This document shows, piece by piece, positions 36,290 to 44,243 of a DNA stretch of 44,243 nucleotides. Position 1 is the stretch's first letter. Each line of letters begins with the position of its first letter. The position numbers were made by a program, and so were the translations under genes. The DNA comes from Myxococcota bacterium (GTDB taxonomy: Bacteria; Myxococcota; Myxococcia; Myxococcales; Myxococcaceae): contig JBMORE010000194.1 of the NCBI GenBank assembly GCA_049322255.1, positions 1 through 44,243 of the forward strand, read 5' to 3'. The notes beneath the pieces are model-generated. The model worked only from the letters and a program-made list of their open reading frames with translations. It searched no databases and was not told the DNA's origin.

Positions 36290-36958
36290 GTGTCCGGCTC
36301 CGACGAGAAGGGCAAGTTTTCCACCGACATCGCGCAGGACGTCATCGAGCAGGCCCTCGAGAGCGTTCGCAAGCGTACCGGTGAGGACCCTGCCTCCGAG
36401 CCCGCCGCCGAATCCGACAAGGACAAAGAAATCGCCGACCTCAAGGCCCAGCTCGAGCTGTCGATGGAAAAGGGCCGCGAGCTGATGGGCAAAATCAAAG
36501 AGGAGCACGAGAAGGTCTTGCGTGCCGTCGCCGACCTGGAGAACTTCAAGAAGCGGGCGGCCAAGGAGAAGGAAGAGGTTCAGAAGTTCGGCACCGAGAA
36601 GCTGCTCAAGGACTTCTTGCCGGTCGTTGACAACCTCGACCGCGCCCTCGAGCACGCCAAGGGCTCCACCGACTTCGAGAGCTTGAAGCAAGGGGTGGCG
36701 ATGACCCGCAAGCTCTTCGAGGACACGCTGGGCAAGCACGGGGTGAAGGCCTTCTCCGCGTTAGGGCAGGCCTTTGATCCACGCTTTCACGAAGCGATGC
36801 AGCAGGTAGAGACCACCGAGCTGCCTCCCAACCAGGTCGTCTCCGAAATTCTTCGCGGGTATACGTTGAACGACCGTCTGGTCAGGCCGGCGATGGTGAT
36901 GGTGTCGAAGGCTCCAGCCGCTGCAGAGCCTCCTTCAGAAGAGCCGGACATCAAGTAG
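36290..36958 (+). CDS. grpE: Nucleotide exchange factor GrpE (start GTG 36290 or ATG 36272)
   Basis: [42 protein letters not shown]. Confidence 0.95.
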   Translation: MSGSDEKGKFSTDIAQDVIEQALESVRKRTGEDPASEPAAESDKDKEIADLKAQLELSMEKGRELMGKIKEEHEKVLRAVADLENFKKRAAKEKEEVQKFGTEKLLKDFLPVVDNLDRALEHAKGSTDFESLKQGVAMTRKLFEDTLGKHGVKAFSALGQAFDPRFHEAMQQVETTELPPNQVVSEILRGYTLNDRLVRPAMVMVSKAPAAAEPPSEEPDIK

Positions 36959-36968
36959 GGGATTTTTC

Positions 36969-38795
36969 ATGGGCAAGGTCATTGGAATCGATCTGGGGAC
37001 GACGAACTCCTGCGTCTCGGTGATGGAGGGGGGCGATCCAGTCGTCATCCCCAACTCCGAGGGCAGCCGCACCACCCCCTCGATGGTGGCGTTCACCGAG
37101 GGCAACGAGCGGCTGGTGGGGCAGATTGCCAAGCGCCAGGCGATCACCAACCCCGAAGCCACCGTCTTCGCGGTGAAGCGGTTGATGGGGCGGCGCTTCG
37201 ACTCGGCGGAGGCGAAGAAGGCGATGTCCCTCGCGCCCTATAGGGTGGCGGCGGCGCAGAACGGCGATGCGTGGGTGGAGATTCGCGGCAAGGCGTACAG
37301 CCCGCCGGAGGTTTCCTCCATCATCCTCACCAAGATGAAGCAGACCGCCGAAGACTACCTGGGCGAGCCGGTGACCGAGGCGGTCATCACCGTTCCGGCC
37401 TACTTCAACGACGGTCAACGCCAGGCCACCAAAGACGCGGGGCGCATCGCCGGCCTCAACGTCTTACGCATCATCAACGAGCCGACGGCGGCGGCGCTGG
37501 CGTACGGCCTCGACAAACAACAGGAAGGCAAGAGCGAAAAGATTGCCGTCTACGACTTGGGCGGCGGCACCTTCGACATCTCCATCCTCGAGCTCAACGC
37601 CGGCGTGTTCGAGGTGAAGTCGACCAACGGCGACACCTTCCTGGGCGGCGAGGATTTCGACCAGCGGATCATCGACTGGCTGGCCAAGCGCTTTTTGGAG
37701 TCGACCGGCATCGACCTGCGTAAGGACCGCATGGCCCTGCAGCGCCTCAAGGAGGCGGCGGAGCGCGCCAAGCACGAGCTGTCCAGCGCGACCGAGACGG
37801 AAGTAAACCTGCCCTTCATCACCGCCGACGCCACCGGCCCCAAGCACCTCACCGAGACCCTGGAGCGCGCGCAGCTGGAGGAGCTGGTCAAGGACCTGGT
37901 CGAACGCACCATCGAGCCCTGCAAGATTGCGCTCAAGGATGCGGGGCTCTCCACCGCGCAGGTGAACGAGGTGTTGCTGGTGGGCGGCATGACGCGCATG
38001 CCGGCGGTGCAGCAGAAGGTGAAGGAGTTCTTCGGCCGGGAGCCGCACAAGGGCATCAACCCCGACGAGGTGGTGGCGATTGGCGCCGCCATTCAGGGCG
38101 GGGTGCTCAAGGGCGAGGTGAAGGACGTCTTGCTCCTCGACGTCACCCCGCTCTCCTTGGGGGTGGAGACGGCCGGCGGGGTGTTCACCAAAATCATCGA
38201 CAAGAACACCACCATCCCCTGCAAGAAGGGCCAGGTGTTCTCCACCGCGGTGGACAACCAGCCCCTGGTGAGCGTGCACGTCTTGCAGGGCGAGCGTGAG
38301 ATGGCGACGGACAACAAGACGCTGGCGCGCTTCGAGCTGGTGGGCATTCCCCCCGCGCCGCGCGGGGTGCCGCAAATCGAGGTCTCCTTCGACATCGACG
38401 CCAATGGCATCGTGCACGTGTCGGCCAAAGACCTGGGCACCGGCAAGGTGCAGCAGGTGCGGGTGGTGTCCAACTCGGGCCTCACCGAGCAGGAGATTCA
38501 GCGGATGATTGCCGACGCCCAGTCGCACTCCGCCGACGACAAGAAGAAGAAGGAGCTGGCCGACCTGCGCAACAACGCCGACGGGTTGATGTACACCACC
38601 GAGAAGTCAATCGAGGAGTACGCCAGCCTTCTCGCGGAAAACGACCGCGAGGAAATCAAGCGCGACCTGGAGAACTTGAAGCAGGTCCTCACCACCAACG
38701 ACCCGGTGAAAATCAAAGAAGCGATTACCCAGCTGGAGGGCTCGGCCTACCGCATCGCCGATGCCATCTACGCGGCGGAGTCGAAGAGCGGCTAG
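36969..38795 (+). CDS. dnaK: Hsp70 chaperone DnaK (SglK-like by position)
   Basis: [32 protein letters not shown]. 608 aa with a short C-tail and no dnaJ downstream. Confidence 0.97.
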   Translation: MGKVIGIDLGTTNSCVSVMEGGDPVVIPNSEGSRTTPSMVAFTEGNERLVGQIAKRQAITNPEATVFAVKRLMGRRFDSAEAKKAMSLAPYRVAAAQNGDAWVEIRGKAYSPPEVSSIILTKMKQTAEDYLGEPVTEAVITVPAYFNDGQRQATKDAGRIAGLNVLRIINEPTAAALAYGLDKQQEGKSEKIAVYDLGGGTFDISILELNAGVFEVKSTNGDTFLGGEDFDQRIIDWLAKRFLESTGIDLRKDRMALQRLKEAAERAKHELSSATETEVNLPFITADATGPKHLTETLERAQLEELVKDLVERTIEPCKIALKDAGLSTAQVNEVLLVGGMTRMPAVQQKVKEFFGREPHKGINPDEVVAIGAAIQGGVLKGEVKDVLLLDVTPLSLGVETAGGVFTKIIDKNTTIPCKKGQVFSTAVDNQPLVSVHVLQGEREMATDNKTLARFELVGIPPAPRGVPQIEVSFDIDANGIVHVSAKDLGTGKVQQVRVVSNSGLTEQEIQRMIADAQSHSADDKKKKELADLRNNADGLMYTTEKSIEEYASLLAENDREEIKRDLENLKQVLTTNDPVKIKEAITQLEGSAYRIADAIYAAESKSG

Positions 38796-40492
38796 GTGCC
38801 CGAGTTCTCCTCGCTCGAGGAGGAGGTGCGCTTCCTCCGGGTGTTGCTCCGCGTCCAGCGCTTGGCGGACGACATTCTCGAGGATTGCCTGGTGCGGCGG
38901 CTGGGGCTGGCGGCGGGGCTCGACGTTTTCTTGACCCAGTGCGGGCGGATGATTCACGCCACCGGTGGGTTCGTGGTGGTCAAGGGCACTCAGGCTCCGG
39001 TGCTCACCCGGGTATGCGAGATGCCGGGTGTGGACTGCGAGCAGTATTTCCACAGGGAGGGGGCGGTGGTGCTCGACGAGCGCCACACACTCTTCATCTC
39101 CCAGCTGGCGCTGGGAAAGGTGAACCTGGGCGCCCTGGGTTTCATTCTTCCCGGGCGCTTCGAAGACGGGGGCAAGTTGGTGATGAGGCTGGTCGAGGCG
39201 ATGGGAGAGATGCTCGACTCAGCGCTGCTCTCCTTCCTCGCCCTCGCCCAAGGGCACAGCCCGCTGGAGCGGCTCGACGAGCTCAACGCGCAGACCTCCT
39301 TCCGTCCGCAGAGCAGTATCGGCAAGTACGAGTTGCTCTCCCCCTTGGGTACAGGGGGCATGGCACAGGTGATGGTGGCGCGCACGCTGGGCCCGTCGGG
39401 CGTGGGCCGCTTGGTGGCGCTCAAGCGCATCCTCCCCCACCTCGCGGCGGATCCAGCGATGGTCGATCAGTTCCTCGAGGAGGCGCGCATTGGTCTGCGG
39501 CTCGCTCACCCCAACCTGGTCACCTTCTATGACTTCGGGCAGACCAGCGGGGGCTATTACATCGCCATGGAGTTGGTGCGCGGGGTCGACTTCGACCACA
39601 TCATCTACGAGCCGCCCGGGTGGCTTCCGCCTCCGTTGGCGGTGGGCGTGGTGGTGCAGGCGCTGGCGGGGTTGCACGCCGCGCACGAGGCGCGAGGGGA
39701 GGACGGCGCGCCCTTGCTGCTCGTGCACCGCGACTTGTCGCCGCACAATGTGATGGTGGGCTTCGATGGGCGGGTGAAGTTGCTCGACTTCGGGGTGGCC
39801 AAGGTGCGCAACCAGAAGACCCTCACCCTGCCTGGCCTGGTGAAGGGCAAACCGCTCTACATGTCGCCCGAACAGGCGGCGGGCGAGCGGGTCGACCGTC
39901 GCAGCGACCTGTTCAGCATGGGGCTCATTCTCTATGAGGCGCTGGTGGGTCAGCGCGCCTTCGAGCGTGACGACGACACCCGCACCATGGAAGCCATCGT
40001 CAACGACCCGTTGCCACGGCCAGAACGCATCGCCGCTTCCTTGTGGGCGGTCCTCTCCCGCGCGCTCGCCAAGCACCCCNNNNNNNNNNNNNNNNNNNNN
40101 NNNNNNNNNNNNNNNNNNNNNNNNNNNNNNNNNNNNNNNNNNNNNNNNNNNNNNNNNNNNNNNNNNNNNNNNNNNNNNNGCGCGCCTTCGAGCGTGACGA
40201 CGACACCCGCACCATGGAAGCCATCGTCAACGACCCGTTGCCACGGCCAGAACGCATCGCCGCTTCCTTGTGGGCGGTCCTCTCCCGCGCGCTCGCCAAG
40301 CACCCCCAGAAGCGCCCGCGCACCGCGCTGCAGTTGGCCCAGGAGCTGGCCGAAGTGGTTGCTCCGGCAGCAGACGCCGAGCTGGCTCAGCACGTGAGTG
40401 CTCGTTTCGCTTGGCGGCTGCGTGAGTACGAGCGCTGGAGCCGCCTGGCTGAAAAGACCACCGTCACCCCTGTGGTGAAGGCGCAAGGGTGA
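38796..40492 (+). CDS. Ser/Thr protein kinase with an N-terminal domain of about 165 aa (interrupted by an assembly gap)
   Basis: LGTGGMA, VALKRI, HRDLSPHN, DFG, GKPLYMSPEQ. Removing the gap plus one 127-bp duplicate gives a 489-aa in-frame ORF. Confidence 0.88.
40080..40179. other. Scaffold gap (100 N) flanked by an exact 127-bp duplication
   Basis: 39953-40079 is identical to 40180-40306. Confidence 0.97.
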
Positions 40493-40998
40493 ACGGCGAG
40501 CGCTCGCAGAAGCAGGCCCGCCTACGCGCCTACTGCCAGCGGCCAGGGAGCGCGGTGCTCTTCGACGAGACGGCAGGCCTGTTCATCGACGTTCCTTCCG
40601 GCAAGTCGCTCTCCGCCGACGCAGGCGAGCTCGAGCATCTGGAGGAGCGGACCAACTCTCAGACAGGTCAGCCCTATCTCGCCCTGGCCTACGGCGACGG
40701 GCGCAGCCTGGCGCTGGCGGAAATGGGAGTGGCGTTCGCGCCCGACTGTCGTCAGACGGGGCCTTTGCCGGAGCTGCCCGCGGCGGTCTGCTGGAAGGAC
40801 TTCTTTGGTCTACGCGACCGCCTCAAGCACGAGCTGTACGGCCACCCAGAACAGGCACCTACCCGCAACACGGTGAAGCTGGTGATGATGTGCCTGGCGG
40901 TGCTCGACGGGGCGCGCGCGGCGGGCTTCGAAGTGGGCAAGGAGGAGCGCGAGCTGGAAGTGCACCTGGCCGAGCTGGAGCGGCGCGGCGCCCCCTGA
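40489..40998 (+). CDS. Hypothetical protein
   Basis: GTGA overlap with the kinase stop; globular composition and typical codon usage. Confidence 0.7.
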   Translation: MNGERSQKQARLRAYCQRPGSAVLFDETAGLFIDVPSGKSLSADAGELEHLEERTNSQTGQPYLALAYGDGRSLALAEMGVAFAPDCRQTGPLPELPAAVCWKDFFGLRDRLKHELYGHPEQAPTRNTVKLVMMCLAVLDGARAAGFEVGKEERELEVHLAELERRGAP

Positions 40999-41034
40999 CT
41001 TGTCGCCCCCCCGGCGGTGCCGTAAATCAGCCGG

Positions 41035-42594
41035 ATGCTTCGGGCTGCCCTCACCCTGCTCGTCGCCGCCGTGATGGTGGCGTGTCCACCGCGGGGAGGA
41101 ACCTGCGAGCCGGGCAAGACGGTGACTTGCTACCCGGGCCCCCAAGGGACGGAAGCGGTAGGAGAGTGCCGGCACGGAACCTTCATCTGCTCGCCGTCAG
41201 GCACCCAGCCGGCCTGCAACGGCGCGGTGACCCCCAGCGCCGAGCTGTGCGACGGGCGCGACAACGACTGCGATGGCGAGGTGGACGAGGGTGTCACCAA
41301 CCTCTGCGGAGGCTGCGCGGCGCTGCCCTTCGAGCCGGGGGGGAGCTGCGGTGTTTGCGGCACCTACGTCTGCCAGGACAAGGAGGCGGTCAGCTGCCAG
41401 AGCACCCTGGCCAACAACTGCGGGGTGTGCGGCGCTCCCGCGGTGCCCGGACTGGGAGATGCTTGCACCAGCCTCGCCGGCTGCCGCGGGGTGTTGGCCT
41501 GCAACCCCGACGGGGGGTTGTTGCCGGTGTGCAGCGCTCCTTCTCGCAACAATTGTCAAGTGTGCGGCGCGCCCTCGGTGCCCAACCTGGGTGGAGCCTG
41601 CGTGAGCGCCGATGGTTGCTCGGGGACGGTGGGGTGCTCCGATGCCGGCTCTGGCGTGTGCAACGCCCCCTTGCCCAACAACTGTGGGCGTTGTGGCCAG
41701 CCCGACGGGCCTGACGGCGATGGTGACGGGCGCGGCGATGCTTGTGACAATTGTTCGCTCGTCTCCAACGCCAGCCAGGCCGACGGCGATGGCGACTCCG
41801 TGGGTGACGTCTGCGACAACTGCCCTGCGGCGACCAACTCCAACCAGCAGGACTCCGACGGCGACGGCATCGGCGACGCGTGCGACAACTGCCCGTTCGT
41901 CACCAGTACCTCCCAGAGCGATGGCGACGGCGATGGTCGCGGTGACGCCTGCGACAACTGCCCCGACGTGGCCAACGCCAACCAAGAGGACTTCGACAGC
42001 GATGGCAAGGGCGACGTTTGCGACATCGTCATCAGCGAGCTGGCGGCGGCCGGGCCCGGAAGCGTTGCGGACGACGAGCTCGTCGAGCTGTACAACGGAG
42101 GTCCTACCGCCGTGGACCTCTCAGGCTGGAAGGTGCAGTACCGCTCGCAAGGCGGCGCGTCCTACCTCACCTATGCCACGCTCCCCGCAGGCTCCAGCAT
42201 TCCCGCGCGTGGGTACTTCCTCGTGGCCACCACCGCGAGCGGTTTGTCCGCCGACGCCACCTTGGGCGGCGGCGGCCTCTCTGCCACCGCAGGGCACGTG
42301 CGGCTGGGTCTGCCAGGCATCACCAGCTCTCCCGCTGACACACAAGCGGTGGATACCCTGGGGTATGGCGCCACCGCCATCGGTGCGGAGGGAAACAACC
42401 CGGCGCCCGCGGTGAGCTTCAACGGGGGCGAGTCGCTCGAACGCAAGGCCAACGCCACCTCCACGAGCGCGACCATGGAGGGCGGCTCCGACGCCGCCGC
42501 GGGCAACCACCACGACACCGATGACAACGGGGCTGACTTCGTGCGCCGGGTGATGCGCCAGCCGCAGAACCGGTCATCGGTTCCCGAGCCGTGA
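41035..42594 (+). CDS. Cys-rich surface lipoprotein with thrombospondin type-3 repeats and a lamin-tail domain
   Basis: Lipobox VMVA-C, ELCDGRDNDCDGEVDEG, N-x-C-x-x-C repeats, five DxDGDGxGDxCD repeats, ISE...ELVELYN..VDLSGWKVQY. Confidence 0.88.
   Translation: MLRAALTLLVAAVMVACPPRGGTCEPGKTVTCYPGPQGTEAVGECRHGTFICSPSGTQPACNGAVTPSAELCDGRDNDCDGEVDEGVTNLCGGCAALPFEPGGSCGVCGTYVCQDKEAVSCQSTLANNCGVCGAPAVPGLGDACTSLAGCRGVLACNPDGGLLPVCSAPSRNNCQVCGAPSVPNLGGACVSADGCSGTVGCSDAGSGVCNAPLPNNCGRCGQPDGPDGDGDGRGDACDNCSLVSNASQADGDGDSVGDVCDNCPAATNSNQQDSDGDGIGDACDNCPFVTSTSQSDGDGDGRGDACDNCPDVANANQEDFDSDGKGDVCDIVISELAAAGPGSVADDELVELYNGGPTAVDLSGWKVQYRSQGGASYLTYATLPAGSSIPARGYFLVATTASGLSADATLGGGGLSATAGHVRLGLPGITSSPADTQAVDTLGYGATAIGAEGNNPAPAVSFNGGESLERKANATSTSATMEGGSDAAAGNHHDTDDNGADFVRRVMRQPQNRSSVPEP
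41713..42024 (+). repeat. Five coding thrombospondin type-3 (Ca-binding) repeats
   Basis: 23-aa period DxDGDGxGDACDNC. Confidence 0.85.
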
Positions 42595-42911
42595 GGGCCG
42601 AGGACCCATGTCTGGGCGCGGTCGGTCTAGCGCGGACTATTCGTCGGCGGCCGGTTCCCCCTGAGGCCCGGCGGACAGGAAGTGAACGAATGCGCACCCA
42701 CCGGGACGCAGATGCGGGCCTCTTGTTTTTGATGCGCGATAGATGCAAATGACGGCCATCATAACGCGTCACGAGCAAGAGCCCTCTCAACAGCTCCCGA
42801 CCGAGGGGTAGGCACTTCGGCGCTCGAAATGCAGTGTTCGGTTCGCCGGTTGCCTTCAGCACATTCTTCAGGTTCTTGATGGAGCTCTCTTAGTGCCTCG
42901 CCCTCCCTGGG

Positions 42912-43592
42912 CTAGCGCTTTGTCACCGTCACCGACGTTACGTTGAGGCGGCGCGGCGTTTGGTTTTTCCTCAGCGCCTCGCGCACAGGAGCAAGCGCAA
43001 ATGGCTGGGGCGAGTAGAAGGCGAAGAGCTCCTCTTGGCCCAGAGTGCCGTCGAGCTCGATGGCTTGGTCGAGCATGGGAGCCTTGGGGTCGTAGGGCAC
43101 CGCTTCGCGGCCGTCAAAAGGCAGGTAGACCGAGACTTGGCCTCGCGCATCCCGGCCCAAGACCGCCACGTAGCCCGCTCCGCCGGCGCGCACCTCGAAG
43201 CGCAGCCGGTCGCCTGGCTTCACCTCCGCTCCATGGGAGAGCGGCTCGCTCCCGGTGTCGGTCTTGCGGTGCAGAACGAGCACCAGTGACCCCTTGGTCG
43301 TGTAGGCGTCCTCCCCGGGTAGCACCAGCAGCAGGGCGACTGCGGCGACGGCCAGTGGGGCGAGGAGGGCGCTGAGCCAGAAGAGGCGGCTTCGGCGCGA
43401 GCGTACCTTGGCAGCGAAAGCTCCGGGTGGGTGCTTGAAAAGGAAGGCCGCCGAGTCGGCGCGAAGCTCTTCCAGACGCTGGCGGTCGCCTTCCGAGCTC
43501 GCCAGCGTCTCCTCCACCCGCGCCTTGGCTTCCGCGGGAAGGTCTCCGGCGAGGTAGCGCTCGAGGAGAGGGTCTTTCACCCGCCGGCTCAT
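42912..43592 (-). CDS. Putative membrane anti-sigma factor with a DUF4384-like extracytoplasmic domain
   Basis: N-terminal LERYLAGDL helix, one TM, then KG...GDRLRF...YVAV...G.V.VYLP. ATGA overlap with the ECF gene. Confidence 0.75.
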   Translation of the reverse strand: MSRRVKDPLLERYLAGDLPAEAKARVEETLASSEGDRQRLEELRADSAAFLFKHPPGAFAAKVRSRRSRLFWLSALLAPLAVAAVALLLVLPGEDAYTTKGSLVLVLHRKTDTGSEPLSHGAEVKPGDRLRFEVRAGGAGYVAVLGRDARGQVSVYLPFDGREAVPYDPKAPMLDQAIELDGTLGQEELFAFYSPQPFALAPVREALRKNQTPRRLNVTSVTVTKR

Positions 43593-44125
43593 GCGAACAC
43601 TCCCGGGGCAAAGCGCTGGGCGCGTTTCTGGGCGCGCTGGGCGAACTGGGAAAGCAGCTTGCCCACCGTCTTGCGGGAGAGGTCGAGCACGGTGGCAATC
43701 TCCTCGGTGGTGCAGCCCTCGACGAAGTAGAGGGTGGCGGCGGTGAGCGTCTGTGGCTCCTCGCCCTTGGTGAGCAGAGAGAGTGCGTGGGCGGCCTCCA
43801 CTTGTCGAGCGCCGCCGTCGTCGCTGGCCGGCTCGAGGAGTGAAGGGCCGTCGTCGTCCTCCTTCACCTCCAAGTTGCCCAAGATGTTGCTCCAGCGCGC
43901 CCGGCGGCGCAGGCGGTCGAGCGACTGATAGGTGGCGATTTGGTAGAGGAGTGTGAAGTGGCTTGCCTCGCCACGCAGGCGCTCCTTCGACTCGAGGAAG
44001 GCGAGGAAGGTGGCTTGGGTGACGTCGAGCGCTTCCTGGTCGTCGCGCAAGAGAGACGCCGCCCGCCGGTGCACCGCGGGGGCGTAGCGGCGGTAGAGCT
44101 CTTCGACCTCGCTGGCGCCGGCCAT
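43589..44125 (-). CDS. ECF RNA polymerase sigma factor
   Basis: LYRRYAPAVHRRA..LL.D..EALDVTQATF (region 2) and EGCTTEEIATVLDLSRKTV (region 4). Confidence 0.9.
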   Translation of the reverse strand: MAGASEVEELYRRYAPAVHRRAASLLRDDQEALDVTQATFLAFLESKERLRGEASHFTLLYQIATYQSLDRLRRRARWSNILGNLEVKEDDDGPSLLEPASDDGGARQVEAAHALSLLTKGEEPQTLTAATLYFVEGCTTEEIATVLDLSRKTVGKLLSQFAQRAQKRAQRFAPGVFA

Positions 44126-44243
44126 TGGCAGCGCTTGTAGCACCCAAGGCCGCACAAGGGGCGATGCGGGCATCATCTCCATCCGTCGCCCGAAAGGTCT
44201 ACGCGGGGAAGATAAGAATGAATGCGCAGACAGCTGGCCTTAG

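Overview
GC-rich window that reads as a Myxococcota (myxobacterial) chromosome segment, judged from gene content and the abundance of DAG-repeat and Cys-rich lipoproteins. The core resembles the Myxococcus dif region: GNAT acetyltransferase, SofG/MglA-like small GTPase, PocR-sensor histidine kinase, thiL, a difA-C-D-E-G chemosensory cluster with no difB, larB-larC, then grpE-dnaK (SglK-like) and a Ser/Thr kinase. Other housekeeping genes are dapE, hrcA, a site-2 protease, a DinG/YoaA helicase and TerC. Less explained parts are: (i) a translationally coupled operon of a lipoprotein and two paralogous FadL/PorV-like outer-membrane barrels flanking a pterin carbinolamine dehydratase gene; (ii) an ArsR-DsrE-SQR-like sulfur module with its own operator, followed by about 700 bp of unexplained DNA; (iii) a diheme cytochrome c plus cupredoxin-like operon; (iv) a run of four lipoprotein genes; (v) an ate/bpt pseudogene with an internal deletion at a microhomology; (vi) a structured leader before thiL and several apparently leaderless genes. 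The 100-N gap is flanked by a 127-bp duplication, which is an assembly artefact splitting the kinase. I saw no rRNA, tRNA, CRISPR array or transposase. All family calls come from reading motifs by eye; no database search was run.
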